Assembly: GCA_964500505.1 (NCBI GenBank)
Contig: CAZCNN010000001.1
Location: 66,621 to 130,620, forward strand
DNA from: an uncultured Bdellovibrionales bacterium
GTDB taxonomy: Bacteria > Patescibacteriota > Minisyncoccia > Moranbacterales > UBA1568
DNA: 64,000 nucleotides
Direction: 5' to 3'
In this document: positions 9,953 through 20,301 of the stretch, one piece after another
How positions within the stretch are numbered: position 1 is the stretch's first letter
Layout: every line of letters starts with the position of its first letter
Notes under the pieces: model-generated
What the model was told of the DNA's origin: nothing
The model's input: the letters and a program-made list of their open reading frames with translations, nothing else
The model's database searches: none
Position numbers and translations under genes: made by a program

Positions 9953-10039
9953 GTGACTAGAAGCCGCTTCTTGGCGCAGAATATACTTGTGCCCTGAGAA
10001 GCGGCTATCTCTAGTCGCTCATGGTATGCGGATGCCATG
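9953..10039 (+). ncRNA. Structured 5' leader (66-nt stem-loop plus a small hairpin)
   Basis: GTGACTAGA/TCTAGTCGC and AGCCGCTTCT/AGAAGCGGCT pairings; CATGGTAT/ATGCCATG hairpin; no U-tract. Confidence 0.5.
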
Positions 10040-10072
10040 CTCAACCGTCCATTACGAAACGAAGGAGCTCTC

Positions 10073-11545
10073 ATGAGCCACAAGTTCAGCGCCATCCTCG
10101 CTGCCTCCAACCACGATTTCGACTTGGAATCCGGGGCGGGCCTCAAAAGCCTGCTCGGTGATGTTGTCGAGGAATCGGTCAGCATTAGTACCAGATCAGA
10201 TGAGTGGATCCACCGGCACCAACGCGGACATTTTGTCCGCATGGTTGGCCTGGTGACGGCTGCTGAAAGCGCTGCCAAGGCACTTACGGCAATCACTGGA
10301 GTGCATCTCCCGTGGAATTTGAACAAGACCTACAAGGGGTGGGTCCAACACGAATCCATCGCAACTGCCGACCGCAAGGTCGAGGACTGGAAGCGGTGGA
10401 CTGGATTTCTCGGCACAGTCGCCGGCTATCCGAAACAGTACCCGCTCTTGGTGGCTTTCATCAAAGCCACTCAGTCAGATCGCGGGACAGGCAGTCCTTA
10501 CACCACATGCTCGCTCCGCGCGCTGGTCGAGAAGTTCTCCTTCTCGCCAGGGAAGATCGAACGCACGCTTCGGGCAACCGAATGGCAGTGCAATCGCTTC
10601 CTGCGGGGGTACAACATCCAGTTCTCGAACAAGCACAACTGGGATTCCATGGCTGACGTGCTCGCTCCGCGTTGTACTCGTCCGGACACGGAAGATGGCT
10701 GGGGCCCGCAGTGCTACAGCCGTGAGGATCGGAGCGGCTTCAACCCGGCGAAAGCTGGGAAGAAGCTCGCAGCGCTGATCATCAATCGGCGTCTCGAGCG
10801 CATCTCCGGCCAGCAATTCTCCGGAAAGTCACTCGAGGTACTGATGAAGGCTCGCGGCTTCCGGTCGATTCTGCCCATGCTCAAGCATGGAAAGAAGGAT
10901 GTCACAGAGTGGGTGTACCCGCACTCGCGCCAAGTCGTAAGGTGGGCGGTGGACCGCATCAATGCTGGTGAGTTCGCTCACCTGCGTGAAGCGATTCATA
11001 GCTCTGATCGGCTTGTCTGTGACAACACGGATGGCGTTGAGATGTTGACTGATCCATTCTGCGCAGTGGAAATCCATGGATTCCGAGTTACGTCGGGCCA
11101 CCGTTTGGTGGCATGGGGACGTGGCAGTCGCCAGTGTGTCGACGTGACACACTTGGTGGTTGGGCCAACTGGCCGGTCCTACCATGCGGATCACGGACTC
11201 GCTCCAATGAAGCCCAATGCAACGTGGCGTGGATACGAAGCCACGCCACGGGGATATATCCGGGAGGCTCTCGAGGCCTGGCAGAAGCAGGACGACTCGG
11301 CCAAGTTGGCAGTTCGTCAGTTTCCGAACCTGAGCCGGACGGACTGCACCATTTTGGTGACTCGCGAGGATTCCTATCGGGCAGGCAACTGCTCAGCAGG
11401 TACTGAAGCGTGGATCAATCGCACGGGTGTCGGTACGAAGCGCTGGTGTGTGCCGGCCAATGTGCTCCTCGGATATGCCGATGATCCACAGGTGGCCAGG
11501 GTACTCGCGGTGGCAAACCGCGATGCCGCACGCCTATCCGCGTGA
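10073..11545 (+). CDS. 490-aa orphan protein with C-terminal 'VTREDSYRAGNCSAGT' motif
   Basis: Long ORF, AAGGAG SD 5 nt before ATG 10073, own promoter and terminator; no recognisable family. Confidence 0.8.
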   Translation: MSHKFSAILAASNHDFDLESGAGLKSLLGDVVEESVSISTRSDEWIHRHQRGHFVRMVGLVTAAESAAKALTAITGVHLPWNLNKTYKGWVQHESIATADRKVEDWKRWTGFLGTVAGYPKQYPLLVAFIKATQSDRGTGSPYTTCSLRALVEKFSFSPGKIERTLRATEWQCNRFLRGYNIQFSNKHNWDSMADVLAPRCTRPDTEDGWGPQCYSREDRSGFNPAKAGKKLAALIINRRLERISGQQFSGKSLEVLMKARGFRSILPMLKHGKKDVTEWVYPHSRQVVRWAVDRINAGEFAHLREAIHSSDRLVCDNTDGVEMLTDPFCAVEIHGFRVTSGHRLVAWGRGSRQCVDVTHLVVGPTGRSYHADHGLAPMKPNATWRGYEATPRGYIREALEAWQKQDDSAKLAVRQFPNLSRTDCTILVTREDSYRAGNCSAGTEAWINRTGVGTKRWCVPANVLLGYADDPQVARVLAVANRDAARLSA

Positions 11546-11553
11546 TATGAAGG

Positions 11554-11677
11554 CTACTCATTGAGCCATGTTGGGAGACAAAATCAATGAGACAAAGTTG
11601 GGGAAGGAGGTGCAACACATCGTCTTCCCCACACTCTTGAGTACTGGTTTTCGAACGAGTTTTCAAGAATGAGATAG
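11554..11677 (+). ncRNA. Candidate multi-hairpin RNA in the 3' region
   Basis: Stems CTCATTGA/TCAATGAG, TGGGGAAG/CTTCCCCA, TCTTGA...GTT-TTCG-AAC...TCAAGA; alternative closing helix CTACTCATT/AATGAGATAG. Confidence 0.4.
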
Positions 11678-11678
11678 T

Positions 11679-11710
11679 AAAAAACTTGCACTATGAATGC
11701 AAGTTTTTTT
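11679..11710. terminator. Bidirectional intrinsic terminator
   Basis: AAAAAACTTGCA-loop-TGCAAGTTTTTT between convergent genes. Confidence 0.8.
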
Positions 11711-11744
11711 GTTTCCTTATAAGCTAAAAGCCATCAGCTATAAG

Positions 11745-12698
11745 CTATTTCTGATAACGATCTTTCCGAGCTTGGTACATCATATCCTCCGTGAGCTTGC
11801 GGTTACTCTTGATCATGTCGGCGATAAAGGCAAAGATGAGAAGCTGGATACCGATGATAAAGAGGATGCTCGATGAGAGGAGGTAGTTCAAGTACGGGGT
11901 GACCTTGAAACCGCTACCGAAGTACTGAACCAGAAAAGTGATGAAGCCGATGGTGGCGAGAGCAATCAAGAAGAGTCCAGGGACGCCAAAGAACTTCATC
12001 GGGCGGACATCACGCACGGCCTTGAGTATGATGCGGGCGCTGTTGTTCACAAAGCTATAGACACTCTTCACGATTTTGGATTTGCGGTCAGCAAAATAGG
12101 TGACCTGGACCGGAACCCAGAGGACACGGAGGTTCTTGCCGATGGCATCGATGATAGTCTCTTGGGTGTAGGTGAAACCAGTCGGATTGTTGAGGCGAAG
12201 GAGCGTCTCACGTGAATGGGCGCGAAAGCCACAGGTGAGGTCATCAGTTTTGACATTCAAAAACGATCCCACGAGAGAGGCGCCAAGGCGATTAAAGAAA
12301 TCTTTGATCCAGGGAATGTTCTTGGCACTCGACTCCGAAAAGCGATCACCGACCACCATATCGGCCTGGTTCCGTAGGACTGGGTCAATCAATTTTTGAA
12401 TCTCGGCGGAGTCAAACTGGCCATCAGCATCAATATTGACCATGATGTCGGCGCCTTCCTTGAGCGCGTTTTCGCTCGCGGTGGCAAACATGACCCCGAG
12501 GCGACGGTTGATGCCGTGCTTGAGGACAAAGTCAGCCCCAGCCTCCTTGGCCACCTCGGCGGTCCGGTCAGAGGAACCATCATCGACGACCTGAATCAAG
12601 ACTTCATCGATGCCGGCATAGTGACGGGGCATATTCTCTATGGTTTTGCCGATGACCGATTCTTCGTTGAAGGCCGGGATGTTAATAATGAGACGCAT
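11745..12698 (-). CDS. Glycosyltransferase family 2 (DPM synthase-like, two C-terminal TMs)
   Basis: 'IPAFNEE', 'VVDDGSSD', 'IDADGQ'. Confidence 0.92.
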   Translation of the reverse strand: MRLIINIPAFNEESVIGKTIENMPRHYAGIDEVLIQVVDDGSSDRTAEVAKEAGADFVLKHGINRRLGVMFATASENALKEGADIMVNIDADGQFDSAEIQKLIDPVLRNQADMVVGDRFSESSAKNIPWIKDFFNRLGASLVGSFLNVKTDDLTCGFRAHSRETLLRLNNPTGFTYTQETIIDAIGKNLRVLWVPVQVTYFADRKSKIVKSVYSFVNNSARIILKAVRDVRPMKFFGVPGLFLIALATIGFITFLVQYFGSGFKVTPYLNYLLSSSILFIIGIQLLIFAFIADMIKSNRKLTEDMMYQARKDRYQK

Positions 12699-12764
12699 AT
12701 ACTTGGTGATGAATAATGAAGTATGAAGCAGGAAGTATGGACGAGGATGTCTACAATACAAATC

Positions 12765-13013
12765 TTATCTTTTCTCAGTCTTGTGAATGAGGAGCTTGGG
12801 GTCGACACATTCGGCGTTACAGTTCTCTTTGGCACCGTTTAGGCCATTCTTGATCAGGTCCTTCTGACACTGCTGGAGTTTTTCTTGGCAGGCCACTTTG
12901 CGCTCATTCCAGTAATTGAGGTTGATGGCGTAGCCGAAATAGGGCAGGGTAAAATACGCCACCGTAATCACGCCCGCCATCCAGACAATCAGTTTGAGCA
13001 GTCCAAAAATCAT
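12765..13013 (-). CDS. Small membrane-anchored protein with four Cys
   Basis: N-terminal TM, host-like codon usage, fills the gap in the operon. Confidence 0.7.
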   Translation of the reverse strand: MIFGLLKLIVWMAGVITVAYFTLPYFGYAINLNYWNERKVACQEKLQQCQKDLIKNGLNGAKENCNAECVDPKLLIHKTEKR

Positions 13014-13119
13014 AAGACAGGAAACAGTCAACAATTAGCAATTAGCAACGAACATCCAGTTCCATGGCGTGTATAGTTTTTTGTTATTTGCTGACTGTTC
13101 ATTGTTGTTTGATAGTTGT

Positions 13120-14415
13120 CTAACGGCCGATGCCTTTGTAGATAATACCAGCTTCGAGGAAAGATGCTTTGTCGAGACAGTTCTTGCCGTCGATGATGAC
13201 CGAGATACCATGCTTCTTTAAGAGGTCTGGTGTGAGCGCATCGATAAATTCGCGGTGATTGGTGACTAGGACAAGTGCCTCTACGCCCCCGAGAAGTTCA
13301 TCAAGTGTTCCGACATCAGACTTCTTCTTGACGTGTGGGTCGTAGGTCGTGACGATGGCGCCATGCTTTTTCAAGTGCGCGATGACCTTGAAAGCAGGGG
13401 ACTCGCGAACATCGTCGATGTTGGCTTTGTAAGAGAGGCCGAGGACACCCACCTTGGTGCCATTCACAGGGAGTTTGACTTGGTTCAGGGCATCTTGGAG
13501 GAGCTCCACGGTGTAACCGGGCATGCTGTTATTGATCTCCCGGGCAATTTTGAGAAATTTGTGATCAAAGCCCGACTGCTTGGCCCGCTCTATGAGGTAG
13601 TAGGGGTCAACCGGAATACAGTGACCACCGACGCCACAGGAGGGGTAATGAGCCATAAAGGCAAAGGGCTTGGTGGCGGCTCCTTCTATCACGTCTTTGA
13701 CATCGATATTGAGTACATCAAATGAACGAGCGAGCTCGTTCACAAAGGCGATATTGATATCACGGAAGGAATTTTCGACAATCTTGACGGCTTCGGCTTC
13801 TCGGATGGATTTCATTTTGCGGATTTCACCGTCAACGATGGAAGAATAAAAGTCATGAGCCAGAGTGAGACCGGTTTCATCAAATGAGCCCACGACCCGA
13901 GGAATATTGGTGACATTCCACTTGGTATCACCGGGATTGATCCGTTCCGGACAGTGCGCGAGGTAGAGGTCGGTGCCAATGGTGTAGCCAGCTTTTTCAA
14001 ACAGCGGGCGGACCACTTCTTCGCTGACGCCAGGATTGACTGTGGATTCAAGGACGACGAGAGCGCCCTTTTTGACGTGGGTGGCAATGAGCTCTGTGGC
14101 AGAGATGACGGGAGCGAGATCGGGATAGAATGACTCATCGACTGGAGTCGGGACACAGATGAGGATGATGTCAGCCTGATCCAACCGACTGCCGTCACTG
14201 GTCGCTTCGAAGGGGTAACGGCCGATGTTCTCCTCGAGAAAGGCATCTTCAATCGGGCTCTTACCAGCATTGAGGAGAGCTATCTTTTCTTCGTTGGTAT
14301 CGTAGCCGATGACCGTGTATCCGCGTTCGCTTGCTCGCACGGCGAGGGGCAAACCGACATAGCCGAGCCCGACAATCGCGACCGTTTTTTTTGATGTGGA
14401 TGACGGAGCTTCCAT
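13120..14415 (-). CDS. UDP-N-acetylhexosamine dehydrogenase (WecC/WbpA/TviB-like)
   Basis: 'GLGYVGLP', 'ESTVNPG', 'PERINPG', 'GVGGHCIPVDP'. Confidence 0.93.
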   Translation of the reverse strand: MEAPSSTSKKTVAIVGLGYVGLPLAVRASERGYTVIGYDTNEEKIALLNAGKSPIEDAFLEENIGRYPFEATSDGSRLDQADIILICVPTPVDESFYPDLAPVISATELIATHVKKGALVVLESTVNPGVSEEVVRPLFEKAGYTIGTDLYLAHCPERINPGDTKWNVTNIPRVVGSFDETGLTLAHDFYSSIVDGEIRKMKSIREAEAVKIVENSFRDINIAFVNELARSFDVLNIDVKDVIEGAATKPFAFMAHYPSCGVGGHCIPVDPYYLIERAKQSGFDHKFLKIAREINNSMPGYTVELLQDALNQVKLPVNGTKVGVLGLSYKANIDDVRESPAFKVIAHLKKHGAIVTTYDPHVKKKSDVGTLDELLGGVEALVLVTNHREFIDALTPDLLKKHGISVIIDGKNCLDKASFLEAGIIYKGIGR

Positions 14416-14486
14416 TTATCGTGTATTTAGGAGTAATATACTCATTGTACGAAAGAAAAGCCTCCCTGACAAGCTAAAAGTATCCT

Positions 14487-15086
14487 ATGTTTCTGACTCA
14501 CAGAATTGAGCAGGCCATCGTCCGAGCCACAGTCCTTCATGAGCCTCAGCGCCGCAAGGTAAGTGGCGTCCCATACATCGTCCACCCATACTCGGTGGCA
14601 TTTCTTCTTGCGCACTATGTTGATGATGAGGATGTTATCATCGCTGGACTCCTTCATGACACGCTTGAGGACGTCCCGACTTATACGGTCAAGATGCTTC
14701 GGGCTGAGTTTGGTGATCGGGTGGCCGCTATCGTCCTTGAGGTCACTGAAGACTTTACCCAAGCAGAAAAGGAGAATCATGACATCCGGGGCAATGGCTG
14801 GCGTCAACGCAAGGAAAAGTATCTGGAGAATCTCAAAAATGATAGTAGAGAGGCGCTCCTCGTGGCGACCGCCGACAAGATTCATAATATGCGGAACGCT
14901 CTTGATGAGTATTCACTCCATGGTGAAGCCGTTTGGACCAAGTTCAAACGGAACGCCGAAAATCTGGTGTGGTTCTATACGGAAGCGGGTGCCGTCATCA
15001 GTGCCCGACTCACGCATCCACTCGTTGACGAGATGAATCGCCTCCTTCATGAGCTTCAAGCAATAGCCTCGAAACGTGAAATCTGA
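14487..15086 (+). CDS. HD-domain protein, small alarmone hydrolase/Mesh1-like
   Basis: 'QRRKVSGVPYIVHP', 'GLLHDTLED', 'ADKIHN'. Confidence 0.85.
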   Translation: MFLTHRIEQAIVRATVLHEPQRRKVSGVPYIVHPYSVAFLLAHYVDDEDVIIAGLLHDTLEDVPTYTVKMLRAEFGDRVAAIVLEVTEDFTQAEKENHDIRGNGWRQRKEKYLENLKNDSREALLVATADKIHNMRNALDEYSLHGEAVWTKFKRNAENLVWFYTEAGAVISARLTHPLVDEMNRLLHELQAIASKREI

Positions 15087-15098
15087 TAAAATAGGGGC

Positions 15099-16265
15099 AT
15101 GCGTATAGGTATCAATGCTTCATTTTTACGGAAGCCTGGCACGGGAATTGGTCAGGTGAGTTTTAATTTCATCAATGAATTGATGAAATTAAATGAAGTA
15201 AGAAGTATGACGCATGAAGCATGGGGAGATATTCAGTTCATCCTCTATACCGAAGAACAAACCAATTTGAAGTTACCGAGTAATTTTCAGATTCGGAGCT
15301 TTTTACCATTTTGGAAGCGTGATGATCTCATCCGTAAGGTATTGTGGGAACAACAAGTGGTACGGGAAGCCGAAAAAGATAACTGTGACGCTTTTATCAG
15401 CCTCTATCAGTCAGCAACCAATTTCCGTACTTCTTCCGTGGAGCGTCACACGATGGTGGTCCACGACATCATCCCCGAGCTCTTTCCTGAATATCAGGGG
15501 AATCTGCGAAAGCGGCTCTACTGGCAGGCGGTCACACGAGGCATAGCGAACGCTTCTCAGATACTGGCGGTGTCACAATCTACCAAACATGACCTCGTAG
15601 AATTTGGTATACCAGAGGAGCGAATCACGGTGGCGTACCCGTCTGTGTCGCCTCATTTTCATCTCTCTGCCGACAAGGCAGGCGATCTCCAGGTACTCGC
15701 CACGTACAGTCTCGAGCCCGGATATATCTACCATGGCGGGGGACTGGAAGTGCGGAAGAATGCCGAGGGTCTCCTACGTGCCTATCGAGAGGTCCGAGAC
15801 AGTGAGCCAACCACTCCAAAGCTCGTTATTTCAGGCAGGATTTTTTCTGAAACCAACTTGCTTGCGACTCCGGTCCGGAGACTCGTACACGAGCTCCATC
15901 TCGAGGGACAGGTGCAGTTGCTGGATTTTGTACCTGAACACGACTTGCCAGCACTCTATCGCCAGGCACTCTTCTTTGCTTACCCTTCACACTACGAAGG
16001 GTTTGGCCTCCCACTCGTCGAAGCGATGACGCTCGGTGTACCAATACTCACTGCCGACAACTCTTCACTGATGGAAGTGGCTGGTGATAGCGCCCTCTAT
16101 GTGGATTCGCATCGTGGAGAGGCAATCGCTTCGGGACTCAAGACACTCATAGCTGATGCGTCACTCCGGGAACGTCTGGGACATGAGGGCAGGGAGAGAG
16201 CCAAACTCTTTGAGTGGCCATCTTTTGTCGAAACACTGATAGCGCTCGCAACGAAAACATCATGA
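15099..16265 (+). CDS. Glycosyltransferase family 4
   Basis: 'VHDIIP', 'RKN', 'YEGFGLPLVEAM'. Confidence 0.92.
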   Translation: MRIGINASFLRKPGTGIGQVSFNFINELMKLNEVRSMTHEAWGDIQFILYTEEQTNLKLPSNFQIRSFLPFWKRDDLIRKVLWEQQVVREAEKDNCDAFISLYQSATNFRTSSVERHTMVVHDIIPELFPEYQGNLRKRLYWQAVTRGIANASQILAVSQSTKHDLVEFGIPEERITVAYPSVSPHFHLSADKAGDLQVLATYSLEPGYIYHGGGLEVRKNAEGLLRAYREVRDSEPTTPKLVISGRIFSETNLLATPVRRLVHELHLEGQVQLLDFVPEHDLPALYRQALFFAYPSHYEGFGLPLVEAMTLGVPILTADNSSLMEVAGDSALYVDSHRGEAIASGLKTLIADASLRERLGHEGRERAKLFEWPSFVETLIALATKTS

Positions 16266-17887
16266 AGCACATCTTTGATTCACTTTTGATACCGTTGGCA
16301 CAAGTGCGTACCCATCGACTCTTGCTTCTCCTTGGGGCGGGGGTACTCCTCTTGGTGCTACCGGTACTCATGTATCGAGGAGTATTGCCACTTAAGCCGG
16401 TAAACTTTTTCTTTTTTGCTTTTGTGACGCTCCTCGCCTCACTCTACCGACCAGGGTGGGTATTCCTCCTTCTCATTGCTCTCCTGCCACTTGAGATTGT
16501 GAATCTCGCCCCGGCCCTCTTTGGTGGCATCGAGATTCGGCCGTATCAGTTTGTGATGATCTTGCTCGTGGTGTCCCTGTTGATACGTCTCGTGCTCCGA
16601 AATATGCCATTTCGACTCATGGAGCCACGATGGTTTGACGCGTTCTGGCCGCTTGTTGCCGTGGGAGGCTTCCTCGGGATTGCTATGGCGCCAGATATCA
16701 TCCTCTCAGCCAAGCAAGCAGTCATCGTGACTTCTTTTGTGGGACTCTATTTTTTGGGGCGCATTTTTTTTCGTACCATGTATGACTTGCGTCAGGCGCT
16801 CCCATTTTTCCTCTTATCGAGTGCTGTCGTAGCAGGCTATGCTTTGTGGCAGAATATTCGTTTTGCAGAGGGACTGGAGAGCTATCAAGTGATGACGGGT
16901 CGACCCAATGCGCTCTTTCCTGAAGCGGATTGGCTCGGCATGTTTCTTCTCCTCCCGCTTGGCATCGGCCTTTATCTCCTCACACTCTTGGTATGGCGGG
17001 GTAGGGTTATCGGATCATCTATGAACCGAGCATTGCTCTACGGTGGGCTCTTATCGTTCCTCATTCTTATTCTAACGACACTTATTCTCACGATGGCGAG
17101 GAGTGCTTGGTTGGGGGCAGCAATGCTCGTTTTTTCGTTTGGACTCTTCTTTCTTCTACGACTCAAGTCAGAAACGGGCCGATTTTTTGGTCATACATCC
17201 TGGCTCTTCTCCGCGCTCTTGGTTGGTATGCTCATGGTGTCGGTCGGTATCGTAGAGAGTACTCGTTTGAGCCCATTCCATCTTTTGAATCGTATAGAGA
17301 GTACAGGCGGACTCCAAAAGATTACGGTGGCCTGTGAGAGCGTGGCGACACCGCCTGTCGCTATCGGGACGACCGATGAGCTTGCTGCCTATGGGTGCCG
17401 CCACATCAATCTCGAAGATATCGAGCGCGAGCGCGAAGCAGGATATCTCGTGACAGAGATTGATCGTCGCGATCCCAATATCGCGCTCCGTGGCCAGATC
17501 TACGTGACAGTATCGGAAGTCGTACAGAGTCACCCCTTCTTGGGTATCGGGTGGGGGAGCATCAGCTCGATTCTCGGGACCGATGAGCGCGGGGCTGGAC
17601 TGAACGCAAGCAATATCTTTCTTGAAGTCTGGCTGGGGAGTGGTTTGTTGGGACTCGCGGCTCTTGTAGCGCTCCTTTCCTATTTCAGCTTACGACTCCT
17701 CCAGGGCGTGATGGGAGCATCCATGACGGAAGAGGCGATGCTTGCAGCTAGTCTACTTTCGATACTCCTTGGTCTGACAGTATGTAACCTCTTCAATTCT
17801 GGCATTCTCCTCGGGTTTTACTTTATGTTTTTTGCAGTTGCGGCGCTCCTGGTGGAGCGCGCTATCTCTTCACCCTCTCAACTATGA
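16262..17887 (+). CDS. O-antigen ligase/polymerase family membrane protein
   Basis: Multi-TM; 'RPNALFPEADWLG', 'TMARSAWLG', 'HPFLGIGWG', 'NIFLEVWLGSGLLG'. Confidence 0.85.
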   Translation: MKHIFDSLLIPLAQVRTHRLLLLLGAGVLLLVLPVLMYRGVLPLKPVNFFFFAFVTLLASLYRPGWVFLLLIALLPLEIVNLAPALFGGIEIRPYQFVMILLVVSLLIRLVLRNMPFRLMEPRWFDAFWPLVAVGGFLGIAMAPDIILSAKQAVIVTSFVGLYFLGRIFFRTMYDLRQALPFFLLSSAVVAGYALWQNIRFAEGLESYQVMTGRPNALFPEADWLGMFLLLPLGIGLYLLTLLVWRGRVIGSSMNRALLYGGLLSFLILILTTLILTMARSAWLGAAMLVFSFGLFFLLRLKSETGRFFGHTSWLFSALLVGMLMVSVGIVESTRLSPFHLLNRIESTGGLQKITVACESVATPPVAIGTTDELAAYGCRHINLEDIEREREAGYLVTEIDRRDPNIALRGQIYVTVSEVVQSHPFLGIGWGSISSILGTDERGAGLNASNIFLEVWLGSGLLGLAALVALLSYFSLRLLQGVMGASMTEEAMLAASLLSILLGLTVCNLFNSGILLGFYFMFFAVAALLVERAISSPSQL

Positions 17888-19032
17888 ACAGTCAGATTCG
17901 CGCCATTGATGTGAGACTCCTCGGCCGAAAGCGCACGGGAGATGAGACGGTGTTTTTTAATTTGACCAAAGAGCTTTTGGCGCAAGACAAGGACCATGAG
18001 TACTGGCTGCTTACGGATGAGCGCGATGAGGCGACACTCGACATGCTCCGGGAGCGACTCGGTATCGTCGGGGCTTCCCAGGTGCGCCTCGTGACGATCC
18101 TAGGTCGGAACCGTTTTGTGTGGAATCTCGTCACCCTCCCATGGTTTCTCCTGACGCACAACGTGGCAGTCTTTCACACTCAGTATATTCTCCCACTTTT
18201 TGTACCGGCGCGGACCAAAGTCGTCGATCACATCCACGATGTGTCATTTGCCGCACTGCCTCAGTATATCGGCTGGAGCGATCGATTGTTTCTGTCCCTG
18301 TTTATTCCACTCGCTCTGAGACGAGCAGACCGGGTAGTTGTGCCATCACAGTTTACGAAGGACGAAATTATCCGCCACTATGGGACCAGTGGCGACAAGA
18401 TTGTACTCGTACCCAATGCGCTCTCCGTAGAGTTTCAGACGCTTTCCCATTCGAGCTTTGAATCAATACGCCAAGCATACGGACTTCCAGAGCAGTACAT
18501 CATCTCCGTAGGAACGCTTCAGCCCAGAAAAAATCTACCCCTTCTCATTAGGGCTTGGGCCAAGCTGCGAGAGCGTCTCCCGGAGGTGCGTCTTGTACTG
18601 GTCGGCAACCGTGCGGGGCACCATTTTGATCCCGACATCGATCGAGCCATCGCCGAGTGTCATGGTGAAGAAGGAGTGGTTTTCCCGGGTTATATCAGTG
18701 CATCGGACTTGCCGGATGTGATACGAATGGCCAGTGTGTTTGCCCTTCCTTCACGCTATGAGGGTTTTGGTATCCCACTCCTTGAGGCCATGAGCCAGGA
18801 TGTTCCGGTCGCAGCCTCGGATATCCCGTGCCTCTCGGAAGTCGCCGGGCCAGCGGCGCTCTATTTCGACCCAACGAGTGTTGCTACATGCGAGGAAAAA
18901 CTGTATACTCTTCTTACTGACAACAATGTACGAGAAAACGCCATCTCTCTCGGGAGAGGGCGGGTCTCGTTATTTTCCTGGCGGACCAGTGCCACCAAGC
19001 TCTTGTCACTCTATGACGAGCTCAGTCGCTGA
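17884..19032 (+). CDS. Glycosyltransferase family 4
   Basis: 'VGTLQPRKNL', 'YEGFGIPLLEAM'. Confidence 0.92.
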   Translation: MNSQIRAIDVRLLGRKRTGDETVFFNLTKELLAQDKDHEYWLLTDERDEATLDMLRERLGIVGASQVRLVTILGRNRFVWNLVTLPWFLLTHNVAVFHTQYILPLFVPARTKVVDHIHDVSFAALPQYIGWSDRLFLSLFIPLALRRADRVVVPSQFTKDEIIRHYGTSGDKIVLVPNALSVEFQTLSHSSFESIRQAYGLPEQYIISVGTLQPRKNLPLLIRAWAKLRERLPEVRLVLVGNRAGHHFDPDIDRAIAECHGEEGVVFPGYISASDLPDVIRMASVFALPSRYEGFGIPLLEAMSQDVPVAASDIPCLSEVAGPAALYFDPTSVATCEEKLYTLLTDNNVRENAISLGRGRVSLFSWRTSATKLLSLYDELSR

Positions 19033-19062
19033 CATGCCGTTCAATTCATTATCGTTTACGTT

Positions 19063-20283
19063 ATGTATACACCGAAGTCAACCGATGCCTCGCTCGGCGA
19101 AGGAAAAGTGTCGACCAAGAAGCGCGTTATTCGGGTGGCACTCTTTGGTCTGGCTCTCCTCCTCATTGCAGGGGGTGCCTTTGCCTGGAAGACAGGCATG
19201 ACTCTCGACAAAATTTCACAGGGCGATGCCAATATCTTCAAGTCCCTTGTAAAAACGCTCCCGGGCGTCGAAAAGACCTTGAGTGGTGAGACAGAAGGTC
19301 GCATCAACATCCTCCTCCTCGGGATGCGCGGCGAGGGTGTCGAAGGTGGCGGACTCCTCGCAGATACCATCATGGTGCTTTCGATTCATCCCAAGAACGG
19401 CGAGGGAGATATGAGCAAAGCCTCGCTTATTTCCATCCCGCGCGACCTCTATGTCAAGGTGCCTGGTCGTGACGAACAGCGTAAAATCAATGCCGTCTAC
19501 GCCCTCGGTGAAGAGCGTTCGCATGGCGGTGGTGGTATCGAGGATATGCGCACTACTGTAGGCGAAGTGACGGGACTCGATATCCCGTACGGCGTCACTA
19601 TCAACTTTCAGGGCTTCAAGGACCTCGTCAATGCTATTGGTGGTATTACGATTACGCTTGAACTGCCGTTTGAAGAAGGGATGCAGTTCCGTGGCCTCGA
19701 AAAGCGCTGCGATGGCATCACCTATACTGTGCCATCTGGGAGTTATGAGGAAAAGCGGATCCAGCGTAAAAATGGCACCTACTATGCTAACCCGAAGCGC
19801 TACCCGCTCTGCTTTGAAAAGATGACTACAGTGGCTATCGCAGAACTTGAGTGTGGCGGTAACTTCAAACTGCCAGCGGGCGAGAACTTGCTCGATGGTG
19901 AGAAAGCGCTCTGTTATGCTCGTGCTCGCTATACCTCGAGTGACTTTGACCGTGCGCGCCGACAACAGGAGGTAATCAAACTCATCAAGGCCAAGGCACT
20001 TTCTCTGGGGACACTCACTGATTTCTCCAAGGTGACAGCTATGCTCGATAGTCTCGGCAACAATGTCAGTACCAACCTTGAAGCCTGGGAGATGAAGCGT
20101 ATGCTCGAGCTCTACCAAAAAGCTGGAGACGCAGGCAACATCAACCAGAAAGTACTTGAAAACTCTGAGGAGGGACTGCTCTACAACCCACCGCAGACCA
20201 AGGAAACCGGGTACATCCTCCTCCCTATCGGAGATAACTATGATCGGATCAAGGAGTTATTCAGGAATTCACTCAACTACTAG
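19063..20283 (+). CDS. LCP (LytR-CpsA-Psr) family protein
   Basis: 'NILLLG', 'ADTIMV', 'SIPRD', 'KINA', 'YARAR..SDFDRARRQQ'. Confidence 0.92.
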   Translation: MYTPKSTDASLGEGKVSTKKRVIRVALFGLALLLIAGGAFAWKTGMTLDKISQGDANIFKSLVKTLPGVEKTLSGETEGRINILLLGMRGEGVEGGGLLADTIMVLSIHPKNGEGDMSKASLISIPRDLYVKVPGRDEQRKINAVYALGEERSHGGGGIEDMRTTVGEVTGLDIPYGVTINFQGFKDLVNAIGGITITLELPFEEGMQFRGLEKRCDGITYTVPSGSYEEKRIQRKNGTYYANPKRYPLCFEKMTTVAIAELECGGNFKLPAGENLLDGEKALCYARARYTSSDFDRARRQQEVIKLIKAKALSLGTLTDFSKVTAMLDSLGNNVSTNLEAWEMKRMLELYQKAGDAGNINQKVLENSEEGLLYNPPQTKETGYILLPIGDNYDRIKELFRNSLNY

Positions 20284-20301
20284 GAACCAAGCGTAACAGT
20301 G

